Below, in pieces: positions 1 to 8,127 of a stretch of 64,000 nucleotides of DNA. The notes beneath the pieces were generated by a model. That model had not been told where the DNA came from, searched no databases, and was given only the letters and a program-made list of their open reading frames with translations. Numbering within the stretch: the first letter of the stretch is position 1; the number at the start of each line of letters is the position of its first letter. The stretch is from Chloroflexota bacterium (GTDB taxonomy: Bacteria; Chloroflexota; Anaerolineae; UBA4142). The stretch lies in contig JBBIUF010000003.1 of NCBI GenBank assembly GCA_037440365.1, positions 28,910 through 92,909 of the forward strand, written 5' to 3'. The translations under genes were made by a program, and so were the position numbers.

Positions 1-666
1 GCTTCCAAGTTTAGCACCGATCTCAAGAAAACAATCAATACAACTGACTTGGATATTGCGAATGGATTGATTTCGATCAAGGGTGACTCGACCACCAAGC
101 CGCTCACGTTCAAAGATGCGATCGCCTCTGGTTTTGTCGTCATTGATGAACAACGCATTCCGGCGGCGGCGACGATCATCGGGCGTGGGGTGATCCCGCC
201 CGAAACCAAGTACGCGCAACAAACCTATGCCGCGGCGTTTTACGAAGTTGAAGTCAATACGGATACGGGCGTGGTGCATGTGACGGATGCGCTTCAAGCG
301 CATGATGTGGGCAAAGTCATCAATCCGCTGTCACTGCGTAATCAGGTTGATGGAGGTGCGATCCAAGGAATTGGCTTTGCGCTCACCGAAGATTTTGTCT
401 ATGACACAGCGACCGGTATTCCAGTCGCTTCCAACCTTGACGATTACAAGATGCAGATGATTACGAATGCGCCCAAGGTCACAGCGCTGTTCATTGAATC
501 CAATGATGCGATCGGACCGTTTGGCGCAAAGGGCATTGGTGAGCCAGCGTTTATGGCGGCGGCGGCGGCCATCTCAAACGCAATTTACAACGCGGCGGGA
601 ATTCGTCTCAAATCGCTACCCATGAATCCTAAAAAAGTCATGGAAGCCCTCAAGAACAAGGCTTAG
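1..666 (+). CDS. Molybdopterin-dependent hydroxylase large (Mo-binding) subunit, C-terminal part (5' end outside window)
   Basis: Frame 1 is open from the window edge. The tail GAKGIGEP...AAAAISNAIYNAAGIRL is typical of xanthine dehydrogenase/aldehyde oxidase/CoxL-family subunits. The FAD subunit gene follows 12 nt later. Confidence 0.85.
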   Translation, partial: ASKFSTDLKKTINTTDLDIANGLISIKGDSTTKPLTFKDAIASGFVVIDEQRIPAAATIIGRGVIPPETKYAQQTYAAAFYEVEVNTDTGVVHVTDALQAHDVGKVINPLSLRNQVDGGAIQGIGFALTEDFVYDTATGIPVASNLDDYKMQMITNAPKVTALFIESNDAIGPFGAKGIGEPAFMAAAAAISNAIYNAAGIRLKSLPMNPKKVMEALKNKA

Positions 667-678
667 GCGGAGGAAACC

Positions 679-1674
679 ATGCGAAGTCTAAAATACTATG
701 CCGCGACCAGCTGGGATGATGCAGTCGCAACGTTGACCAAATATCCAACCGCGCAAGTGATCGCGGGCGGAAGCGACGTGCTAGGTTGGATCAAGGATGA
801 TCTCAATGGTCCGGGCGCACCCCGCGCAGATCTGATGGTGGATATACGGACCATTCCGAATACAAATTATATCAAATACGACGCGACCGCAGGATTAAAG
901 TTGGGCGCGTTGACCTCACTCACGACTGTGGCTGAATCACCAGATGTGCTCAAGAATTATCCTGGGCTTGCGATTGCGGCTGTTTCGCCCGCGTCGCCAT
1001 CGATTCGCAACGTGGGTACGCTTGCGGGCAATATCATGCAACGTCCACGGTGCTGGTATCTGCGCGGTAAAGAGTTCAACTGTTACAAAAAAGGCGGCGA
1101 CTTTTGTTTCTCCGTCACCGGCGAAAATCAATATCACGCGATCCTTGATGGCGAACTGTGCTACATCGTTCATCCGTCTGACACTGCGCCCGCGCTCATG
1201 GCGTTGAATGCCACCGCAACCGTTGTGGGACCGAGCGGGCCCAAGAGTGTCGCGTTCGACAAACTCTTTATTGGCCCACGCACGAATGTCTTGAAAGAAA
1301 CCGTGCTAGAGCACAATGAAATCCTTACGGAAATTACTGTGCCTGCAGTAACGGCAAACATGAAGAGCACCTTTATCAAAGTGACGCAACGCAACGTGTA
1401 CGATTTCGCGATTGTGAGTATCGCGGTGGCGGCTCAAATTGAGAATGGGGTTTGGAAAGATGGCCGCATCGTGTTAGGGGGTGTTGCGCCCACGCCCTAC
1501 CGCGCCACCGCCGCAGAAGACGCGCTCAAGGGTCAGAAGGTTGATGCGAATGTGGCAAAAGATGCCGCAGATAAAACAATGCTCAAGGCGCGCCCGATGA
1601 GTCAAAATGCTTACAAAGTTGACATCGCGAGAAACCTCATCATCAATGCGGTGACGAGTCTAGTTAACGCCTAA
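679..1674 (+). CDS. Molybdopterin dehydrogenase FAD-binding subunit (CoxM/XdhB family)
   Basis: 331 aa with RBS GGAGGA upstream. Has the IAGGSDVL FAD-binding motif. Length and C-terminal domain fit CO-dehydrogenase flavoprotein-like subunits. Confidence 0.85.
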   Translation: MRSLKYYAATSWDDAVATLTKYPTAQVIAGGSDVLGWIKDDLNGPGAPRADLMVDIRTIPNTNYIKYDATAGLKLGALTSLTTVAESPDVLKNYPGLAIAAVSPASPSIRNVGTLAGNIMQRPRCWYLRGKEFNCYKKGGDFCFSVTGENQYHAILDGELCYIVHPSDTAPALMALNATATVVGPSGPKSVAFDKLFIGPRTNVLKETVLEHNEILTEITVPAVTANMKSTFIKVTQRNVYDFAIVSIAVAAQIENGVWKDGRIVLGGVAPTPYRATAAEDALKGQKVDANVAKDAADKTMLKARPMSQNAYKVDIARNLIINAVTSLVNA

Positions 1675-1798
1675 GCCGTCCCGAACGAGAACATGCCGGA
1701 GTGCGGACGGGATCATGGATTATCGGTGACGGTCCGCGCTCCGACCGAATTGGCTCAAGCGTTCTTGGCTAGCTCGTCCATCCTACAGGAGATCCGCT

Positions 1799-2569
1799 GT
1801 GCGAAGCTTTTACGTCCGACGCAAAGATCTCGATCACGTGCCGTTTCAATACTATGTGAATAGCGATGGCACTGCGCGTTTGTTAGATGATGGCTACACG
1901 GGCGTTTTTACGCTTCTGCCTCCCAAAGGTGAGATAGATACTTTTTACGTGCGGCTCACGAACGAGTTGATCCGCGACATGGCGGAACGCTGGGGCATTT
2001 TGCAAGCTGACTTGATGCGCGTTGCCGCCAAAGGGGTTGAAGCGTGGTTAAAAGGCGATCCAATTCCAGCGGATCATTTTTATGGACCTGAATGGTTAAA
2101 GCTGGATCTCGATTGGTTTCCGCGCGACCCTGATGGCGCGCCATCCATGGCGGTCGATCCCTATAGTTTTCAGGTCGTCACGGATGAACCCTGGCCTTCG
2201 ATTTTGGATTGGGATTTTGATCGCCCGCGCATCGAAGAACTTGGCCCCGCTCGATCGGATGGTAATGACACCCCTGTGTTTGTCTTTGGTTTTACACTCG
2301 AAATCTTTCCTGCCATGGTGATCGTGGGTTACGAACAGATGAAACACAAGGTTGAGCAAGCCGGGTTGAACGTGCAAGTGAAAATGTTGCCGCTCGACGA
2401 TTTGCCAGCCACACTTCATTCGCTATTTGTGCCGCTCGAATTAGACCTGGCCGCGCGCCAAGCCGCGCCCGCCGCCCAAGTATACCCACTTGCTGAAATG
2501 GTCAATGCGCTACTCTATGATCATGTACTCCTTGAATTCAAGCCCGCATCAATGGCAAACCTGACCTGA
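1799..2569 (+). CDS. Hypothetical protein (256 aa)
   Basis: GTG start with AGGAG 7 nt upstream. Long ORF with normal amino-acid composition. No family recognised. Confidence 0.6.
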   Translation: MRSFYVRRKDLDHVPFQYYVNSDGTARLLDDGYTGVFTLLPPKGEIDTFYVRLTNELIRDMAERWGILQADLMRVAAKGVEAWLKGDPIPADHFYGPEWLKLDLDWFPRDPDGAPSMAVDPYSFQVVTDEPWPSILDWDFDRPRIEELGPARSDGNDTPVFVFGFTLEIFPAMVIVGYEQMKHKVEQAGLNVQVKMLPLDDLPATLHSLFVPLELDLAARQAAPAAQVYPLAEMVNALLYDHVLLEFKPASMANLT

Positions 2570-2578
2570 GGAGGATGA

Positions 2579-2875
2579 ATGCTATTGGCACTGGAAGAAT
2601 CAGCGCGACGACTCGAACAGCAAATCGTGTCTTTTGAAAAATTGCATAACGATGAGCTCAAACGCTTCCAGGAACAATTGGAAACGTATCAGCGCTTACA
2701 AAACGACGAAATGCAAATGCTCCGCGATCAACTGAAACGTCTCAAAGAGGAAATTCTGGCTTTACCGGTACACCCGACTGATCCGCCCGTTCAGACAACC
2801 CAGGTTCCGCCTGAACCGGGCATGACGCGGCGCCAGTTTTTGACCACGACTCTCCGTACGATTGAACACACATAG
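2579..2875 (+). CDS. Hypothetical coiled-coil protein (98 aa)
   Basis: GAGGAGGA RBS. N-terminal 60 aa are heptad-like and Glu/Gln/Leu/Lys-rich. Pro-rich tail. No family recognised. Confidence 0.55.
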   Translation: MLLALEESARRLEQQIVSFEKLHNDELKRFQEQLETYQRLQNDEMQMLRDQLKRLKEEILALPVHPTDPPVQTTQVPPEPGMTRRQFLTTTLRTIEHT

Positions 2876-2880
2876 TTAGC

Positions 2881-4011
2881 ATGAACCTCCGTCGAATATT
2901 GGTTTTGATTTTTTCCATTGTAGGGACAAGCGGTCTTTGGTTCATCGCCACGCCCGCGACTCTGGCGACTCCGCCGAATCCGCCCATTCTGCAACTGACC
3001 AATAGTCACGCGATCGATGTGCGCCCGGCATGGAGTCCGGATAATCGTTTGATCGCGTTTCAGTCGAATCGTCATAGCGACACGTTCCACATTTATGTGA
3101 TGAACGCTGATGGCACCCATCAACGCGCGTTGACCCAAGGCGCTACGGACGATCGGCATCCGGTATGGATGCCCGATGGCAAATCGATCTTGTTCGATTC
3201 GTCCGATGGGAGTCACGATGAAATCTGGCAAGTGAATGTTGCCGACGGCAACTTGAAACAGATCACCCATCTGGGCGCGCAAGCAAATTTTGTCTCATCC
3301 AGCCCGGATGGACAGCGGATTGCTTTTTACGTTTATAAAAACGAAACGCTTGATTTGTGGACCGCGCAGATTGATGGTAGTCAAGCGAGGCAATTGACGA
3401 CGAACCTGGCGAGCGCGACCAATAATCAATGCACTTTTCCTTGCCATTCGGCGGCGTGGAGCCCGGACGGTCGTTCGATTGCTTATTCGGCGGGGGAATT
3501 AGACACCATTTGGATGATGGGGGCGGACGGCAAAAATATCAATCAAGTCATCGCCGATGGCGCAGACAATCACTTTCCCTGGTTTTTGCCAGATGGACGG
3601 CTGGGGTATATCACTGAGCATGTGAGCCCAGTTCAATCTTGGACGGATGCGTGGGCGTATGATTTGAAATCGGGTCAGACGACTTTGTTGCAAGAACAAA
3701 TGTCGGCGCAGGGTCCGTTTGATTGGAATACAGATAATTCCAAGGTTTTATTCCACTCGCCGCGTTCAGGTAGTTTCGAGATTTATTTGATCGATCTTTC
3801 TACGCCGATTGGCGTAGAGGCTTTGCGCGGCAAGCAAGTGCCCGTTGCTCTGGCGGATATAACCACAACGTCGAGTCCCGTTTCGAGCGTGGCGGCAAGC
3901 ACCACGCCGAATAGCGCGCTGATTCTCGTTGGCGCAAGTGGGGTCGGGATTCTATTGATCGGCGGAGGGATTGGATTCGCATTTTGGCGCAGGGCACGAC
4001 GACGGCGGTAA
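2881..4011 (+). CDS. TolB-like PD40/WD40-like beta-propeller protein with N-terminal signal and C-terminal TM anchor
   Basis: Repeated PD40-type motifs (P.WSPDG..IAF.S.R). N-terminal hydrophobic signal. C-terminus is ILLIGGGIGFAFW followed by RRARRRR. Confidence 0.8.
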   Translation: MNLRRILVLIFSIVGTSGLWFIATPATLATPPNPPILQLTNSHAIDVRPAWSPDNRLIAFQSNRHSDTFHIYVMNADGTHQRALTQGATDDRHPVWMPDGKSILFDSSDGSHDEIWQVNVADGNLKQITHLGAQANFVSSSPDGQRIAFYVYKNETLDLWTAQIDGSQARQLTTNLASATNNQCTFPCHSAAWSPDGRSIAYSAGELDTIWMMGADGKNINQVIADGADNHFPWFLPDGRLGYITEHVSPVQSWTDAWAYDLKSGQTTLLQEQMSAQGPFDWNTDNSKVLFHSPRSGSFEIYLIDLSTPIGVEALRGKQVPVALADITTTSSPVSSVAASTTPNSALILVGASGVGILLIGGGIGFAFWRRARRRR

Positions 4012-4104
4012 GTCAAGTCGGGTAGGCATAAAAGCCATTGAATTCGATTCGCTGACCTGGCAGTAAACAAAGGTCACTATCACTTTCATCGGACGAGGAA
4101 AAAC

Positions 4105-4863
4105 ATGGAGTTATCAAACGGCGAACTGAATCAAGATCAAACTAGACGGATTTCGCGGCGCGAGTTTATTGCGACCGCCGCAAGTGGGTTTGTCGCATTA
4201 GGAATGATTGGCGTCAGCGGCATCGATTTTTTCAAATCGAGTGTGACGCCAATTGATCGTGAATCTTCTGGCGTCATCTTCCCAGATCCAACATTGTGTA
4301 TCGGTTGTCTGACGTGCGAAGTGGCGTGCAGTGAAGCGCATCGCCAGGAAGGTCTGTCCGATGTTTCGCGGATTCGCGTGTTCAACGAGCCCGCCACGCA
4401 AGTCAATTCTGAAATTTTGAAAAATTATCCTGGGCATGGAGCATTCATTCAGCAACCTTGTTTGCAATGCCCAGACTCGCCGTGTTTGCCGGTCTGCCCC
4501 GTCAATGCGCTACACGTCGAGCCGAAAACCGGCGCGCGGGTCATCAATGAAAAAGCTTGCATTGCTTGCGGGCGTTGCGCCGAAGCCTGTCCTTTTCCGG
4601 TGCGTGCTGAAGCGGTAGCGACTAACGAAAAAAGTTATGGGCAAAAAACGCGGATTACGTACGATACTCAAAAGAATGTGTTTACCAAATGCGACCTCTG
4701 CTATTTTCGCGCTGAAGGTCCCGCGTGTGTGCAGAAATGCCCGATCAACATTCGGATCAAACAGGGCATCGTCAAGAGCGATCACATGTGTTTGAATCTG
4801 CCGAAATCGGATGAGACTCTGTTTACGAAAATGAAAGAACAACAAACCGTCAAAAAGAGTTGA
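4105..4863 (+). CDS. TAT-exported 4Fe-4S dicluster-domain ferredoxin (DmsB/HybA/FdnH-like electron-transfer subunit)
   Basis: Twin-arginine signal SRREFIATAASG. Four Cys clusters: CIGCLTCEVAC, CLQCPDSPCLPVCP, CIACGRCAEACP, CDLCYFR..ACVQKCP. Confidence 0.85.
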   Translation: MELSNGELNQDQTRRISRREFIATAASGFVALGMIGVSGIDFFKSSVTPIDRESSGVIFPDPTLCIGCLTCEVACSEAHRQEGLSDVSRIRVFNEPATQVNSEILKNYPGHGAFIQQPCLQCPDSPCLPVCPVNALHVEPKTGARVINEKACIACGRCAEACPFPVRAEAVATNEKSYGQKTRITYDTQKNVFTKCDLCYFRAEGPACVQKCPINIRIKQGIVKSDHMCLNLPKSDETLFTKMKEQQTVKKS

Positions 4864-4954
4864 GCGCGAGTTGAAATTGTCCGCAAGGCACGTAGACCAT
4901 CGGTTTCTTCTGGGTGTCTTTGCGATCAAGAATTGCCAAATGGGGAGAGAATGT

Positions 4955-5962
4955 ATGAAGCGGATTCAGCTTGCAAGCATCGCCGCATTGTTAGGCGCAT
5001 TTATGGCTACGCTAGGAACCGCGTCCGCCCAAGGACCCGTGCCCGTCGGTTTTCCACCGCAGACTAGTCTATACGAAGACGCTGTGCTATTGGCGCGGCT
5101 CTTGCCGCTCATCGCCGTGCTCGGAATTGGCTTTGGCGTTTGGCAAGCTAAAATTACGATGCGCCAACCAAAATCGTCACCCAATTCACCGACGGTGATT
5201 CGCCATGATTTCGGAACGGTGATCGCGCATTGGACGAACGGGATCGGCTTTATCATCGGAATGATTACTGGTATGATCGTGTTACGACGTTTGCCGCGCC
5301 CTGATGAAATGCGGATCATCTTTGCAATTCATTACGTTGGATCGGCATTGGCGGTGTTTGGCGTTGTGAGTCATCTAACGCAAAATGCTGTCACCGGCGG
5401 CATGGGGCTCATCCCGCGCTCGCTGAAAGATGTACGCGATGGGATTAGCGATCTGTTTGAACAAGCCGGTATCTTTGGACCGAGCGGCGCAGTATTTGGA
5501 ATTCATTGGCCCCAAGTCATCCGCGAGACGCTGGCAGAAACCGTGAGCGCGTTTGGATTTCGGCAGTCCAAGAAAATCGGAAAATTTCTGCCTGCCGAAA
5601 AAGTATTTTCCTATACGCCGTGGGCGATCATCGTCACAGTGATCGTGGTCACCGGCGTGATCAAAGCGTTTCGTTATTTGTATCCGATTCCGCCAGATTT
5701 CATCGCCCAGGTTTCTACGCTTCACGATATTTTTGCTTACGCCGCGATTGTGATGCTAGGAATTCATCTGGTTGCCGTGTTGCTCGTGCCGCGTCATTGG
5801 CCCCTGGTCATTTCAATGTTGAATACGCGGATCAGTCGCGCGTTTGTCCAAAAGTGGCATCCGCTGTGGTATCAAGAGTTGATCGCCAAAGAAAAAGCGG
5901 CGGCGTTATCCACGCCGATGCCTCAAGTGGCCGCGCAACCGCTCAAGGAAACCAAAGCATGA
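4955..5962 (+). CDS. Cytochrome b-like integral membrane protein (FdnI / Ni-Fe hydrogenase b-type cytochrome family-like)
   Basis: Start chosen at ATG 4955 (GGGAGAGA RBS, signal-like MKRIQLASIAALLGAFMATLGTASA). About 4-5 TM helices with conserved-looking His (HWTNG, IHYVG, GIHLV). Adjacent to the FeS subunit gene. Confidence 0.65.
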   Translation: MKRIQLASIAALLGAFMATLGTASAQGPVPVGFPPQTSLYEDAVLLARLLPLIAVLGIGFGVWQAKITMRQPKSSPNSPTVIRHDFGTVIAHWTNGIGFIIGMITGMIVLRRLPRPDEMRIIFAIHYVGSALAVFGVVSHLTQNAVTGGMGLIPRSLKDVRDGISDLFEQAGIFGPSGAVFGIHWPQVIRETLAETVSAFGFRQSKKIGKFLPAEKVFSYTPWAIIVTVIVVTGVIKAFRYLYPIPPDFIAQVSTLHDIFAYAAIVMLGIHLVAVLLVPRHWPLVISMLNTRISRAFVQKWHPLWYQELIAKEKAAALSTPMPQVAAQPLKETKA

Positions 5963-6558
5963 TTTCCGCGATTGTCTTGGGCGCGGGTTTATCGCAACGC
6001 ATGGGTGCGTTCAAACAGTTGTTGCCTTATGGCGAACATACGGTGATTGAGCAAGTCGTTTCGGTTTTGCTTGCGAGCCCAATTGATGAAATAGTGGTTG
6101 TCCTGGGACACCGGCATGAGCAAGTTGAACAAGTGTTGGCGCAGTGGAATGTGCGGCTGAGTTGGAACCCACGGTATGGCGAGGGGATGTTGAGCTCACT
6201 ACAACATGGCTGGCGCAATGTGCATCCTGAGACGGATGCCGTAATGCATGTGCTCGGCGATCAGCCGCAAATTGAACGCGGCGTGGTTGAGCAGATGCTC
6301 TCTGCCTATCGCGAAAAAAAATCAGGAATCGTCGTCCCTAAATTTAGTGGGCGACGCGGGCATCCGGTTCTGTTGGATGCGCATTATCGCGATGAAATCC
6401 TTGAACTGGGAAAGGATGCCACCCTGCGCGATCTGATGCGTCGTCACACGGACGAGACGCTGGAGGTGAATGCCATCACGGATGGCATTTTGCGCGACAT
6501 GGATACGTGGGCTGAGTACGAACGCGAAATCAATTTTAGAAAACAGGTCGTGGTATAA
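5959..6558 (+). CDS. mocA: MobA-like NTP transferase, probable molybdenum cofactor cytidylyltransferase
   Basis: N-terminus MISAIVLGAGLSQRMG..KQLLPYG is the MobA/MocA signature. ATGA overlap with the upstream gene. The 5506-5958 part of the tracked ORF is an out-of-frame shadow over the cytochrome b gene. Confidence 0.8.
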   Translation: MISAIVLGAGLSQRMGAFKQLLPYGEHTVIEQVVSVLLASPIDEIVVVLGHRHEQVEQVLAQWNVRLSWNPRYGEGMLSSLQHGWRNVHPETDAVMHVLGDQPQIERGVVEQMLSAYREKKSGIVVPKFSGRRGHPVLLDAHYRDEILELGKDATLRDLMRRHTDETLEVNAITDGILRDMDTWAEYEREINFRKQVVV

Positions 6559-6570
6559 AAATCAAGGGCA

Positions 6571-7437
6571 TCAGGATTGGATGCCCTTGATACTTTGCGC
6601 CACGATCGCGCTGCCCTTGTATTGCCTGAGCGGCAGTCCAGTAGCGTGACGCTGAACCATTAGCATTTCGGCAATAATGGAAACCGCAATTTCGGCGGGG
6701 GTTTCCGCGCCCAGGTCTAACCCCGTTGGCACACGCACGCGCTTGAGTGAATCCGGCGCGATGCCTTCGGTGACTAGATCGCGAAAAATGAAAATACTTT
6801 TGCGCGCGCTGGCAACCAAACCCAGGTATGCCGCCGGTGCATCAATGATCTGGCGCAACACGGGTTCATCCCAGCCCCACGTTGCCACCAACACAAACGT
6901 CGAGGCGGTAATTGTAATCGGCATGGGTTCAAGTGTTTCAGTCTTGGGATCATAACGAACCAGGATTCGCTCGTCGGCATCAGGCAGGCGTGCGGACGTG
7001 ATAAAATCCGGACGATCATCAACCACCACAATGCGCCATTTGAGCATCTTGGCAAGTGGCATCATTGCCTCACCAATGTGTCCAGCGCCAATCAAAAGTA
7101 AGGTGGGACTAGATTGCAAGACCTGGATAAATAGATCGACCTCGCCGGATTCACCGGGCTGAACTTGCACCAGGTTACCCTGTTGGTACGTGTACCCGAT
7201 CTGACGGGATGTCCCTGAAGCGAGGGTTTGGCGCGCCAGATCGCAAACGCACGCGGCGAGTTGATCGTTATTGAGATTCCCCAGCATCGAGCCATCCGCA
7301 TGGACCAACATACGCGCTCCGACAGTCCAACGCGGGTCGGATTGAATAACTGTGACGATCGCAACGGATTCGCCTTTTTCCAAAGCATGCAGACCGGCGG
7401 CAAAAATTTCTTGCGCGGATGTATTGATTCGAGTCAT
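6571..7437 (-). CDS. XdhC/CoxI family molybdoenzyme maturation protein (N-domain plus Rossmann-like domain)
   Basis: 288 aa. XdhC_CoxI-like N-terminus (ALEKGESVAIVTVI...GARMLV..DGS..G). LLIGAGHIG Rossmann motif in the C-terminal domain. Confidence 0.85.
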   Translation of the reverse strand: MTRINTSAQEIFAAGLHALEKGESVAIVTVIQSDPRWTVGARMLVHADGSMLGNLNNDQLAACVCDLARQTLASGTSRQIGYTYQQGNLVQVQPGESGEVDLFIQVLQSSPTLLLIGAGHIGEAMMPLAKMLKWRIVVVDDRPDFITSARLPDADERILVRYDPKTETLEPMPITITASTFVLVATWGWDEPVLRQIIDAPAAYLGLVASARKSIFIFRDLVTEGIAPDSLKRVRVPTGLDLGAETPAEIAVSIIAEMLMVQRHATGLPLRQYKGSAIVAQSIKGIQS

Positions 7438-7754
7438 GTTTTGTTGGAGGATAACACGTCGATGAAAACTTGCTCAGTTCCACCGCACAATCCAACTGTC
7501 CCCGGCACTTTGCCAGTCAAGTTATAATCAATGAGAGACGATTGCCCGGCATACATTGCCGCACGCGCATCTTGAATGGCTTGGAATTCCATTGCTCCAC
7601 CGCCGATACTTCCCACGAAACTTCCATCAGCGCGTACCATCATGTTCGAGGAGAGATGGCGCGGTGTTGAACCCGAAGCGCGCACGACGGTCAACACCGC
7701 TATCGTTTCCCCATGCTGTAACGCATCGATAATTGCTTGCAATACCTGCTTCAT
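7434..7754 (-). CDS. XdhC/CoxI N-terminal-domain-only protein
   Basis: 106 aa. ALQHGETIAVLTVVRASGSTPR...DGSFVGSIGGG matches the XdhC N-domain pattern. AGGAGGAAG RBS. 4-nt overlap with the downstream xdhC-like gene. Confidence 0.8.
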   Translation of the reverse strand: MKQVLQAIIDALQHGETIAVLTVVRASGSTPRHLSSNMMVRADGSFVGSIGGGAMEFQAIQDARAAMYAGQSSLIDYNLTGKVPGTVGLCGGTEQVFIDVLSSNKT

Positions 7755-7774
7755 TGCTTCCTCCTACTCACAAA

Positions 7775-7803
7775 AGTATACACCTCTTAACCACTGCCGA
7801 CAA
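7775..7803 (-). promoter_or_regulatory. Sigma-70-like promoter for the xdhC-like genes
   Basis: Minus strand reads TTGTCG-17 nt-TATACT, about 20 nt upstream of the ATG at 7754. Confidence 0.5.
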
Positions 7804-8041
7804 GATAGGGGCTGATTTTAATCGCTACAAGCCTTGAAGGTCTGGTTAAGATTTGGAATGTGTTTATTCAACGCTGAACCCGGCTCGCGATCGAATGAGG
7901 AGTGAAAGGACAGCATTGGGCCAGTGACGTACTGTCCGCGTACTTACTCGGAAGCGTTTGGCTCCCCTGTCAGTCCATGTTTGAAGAGTGGTCCGATTTG
8001 TAATCTGCTCAAACCTAAAGTGAAAATACAAGGACAAGAAA

Positions 8042-8083
8042 ATGACTCGAAAGAATCCCCACGTGGGGATTCTTTCGAGTCAT
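8042..8083 (-). terminator. 42-bp perfect palindrome, likely intrinsic terminator of the pfkB-family gene
   Basis: ATGACTCGAAAGAATCCCC-ACGT-GGGGATTCTTTCGAGTCAT. On the minus strand it lies 45 nt after the stop at 8128 and is followed by TTTCTTGTCC. Confidence 0.6.
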
Positions 8084-8127
8084 GGACGCACATGGAACAT
8101 CCAGTCAGACCTCTGCATACTTTGCCA

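Noticed and set aside
2822-2875. Twin-arginine-like motif MTRRQFLTT at the C-terminal end of the 98-aa ORF, 5 nt before the propeller gene. I considered a frameshifted TAT signal belonging to the downstream gene.
   Set aside because: No hydrophobic h-region follows in any frame. The downstream gene has its own signal sequence and RBS context, and the frames differ by 2 nt with stops in between. This is most likely coincidence.
5506-5958. N-terminal 151 codons of the tracked ORF 5506-6558, overlapping the cytochrome b-like gene in another frame.
   Set aside because: The MobA/MocA signature starts exactly at the internal ATG 5959, which forms an ATGA junction with the upstream stop. The upstream part is Arg/Ser/Ala-rich shadow sequence.
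7755-8041. Possible Moco (molybdenum cofactor) riboswitch in the 370-bp region upstream of the xdhC-like genes.
   Set aside because: The predicted promoter (7803-7775) leaves only a ~20-nt leader. I could not find the conserved Moco-motif elements on either strand by eye. A covariance-model scan would be needed for certainty.
8042-8083. The 42-bp perfect palindrome considered as the terminal inverted repeats of a MITE or IS remnant.
   Set aside because: It has no internal sequence (the arms abut around ACGT), no flanking direct repeats and no second copy in the window. Its position and the downstream T-rich run fit a terminator.
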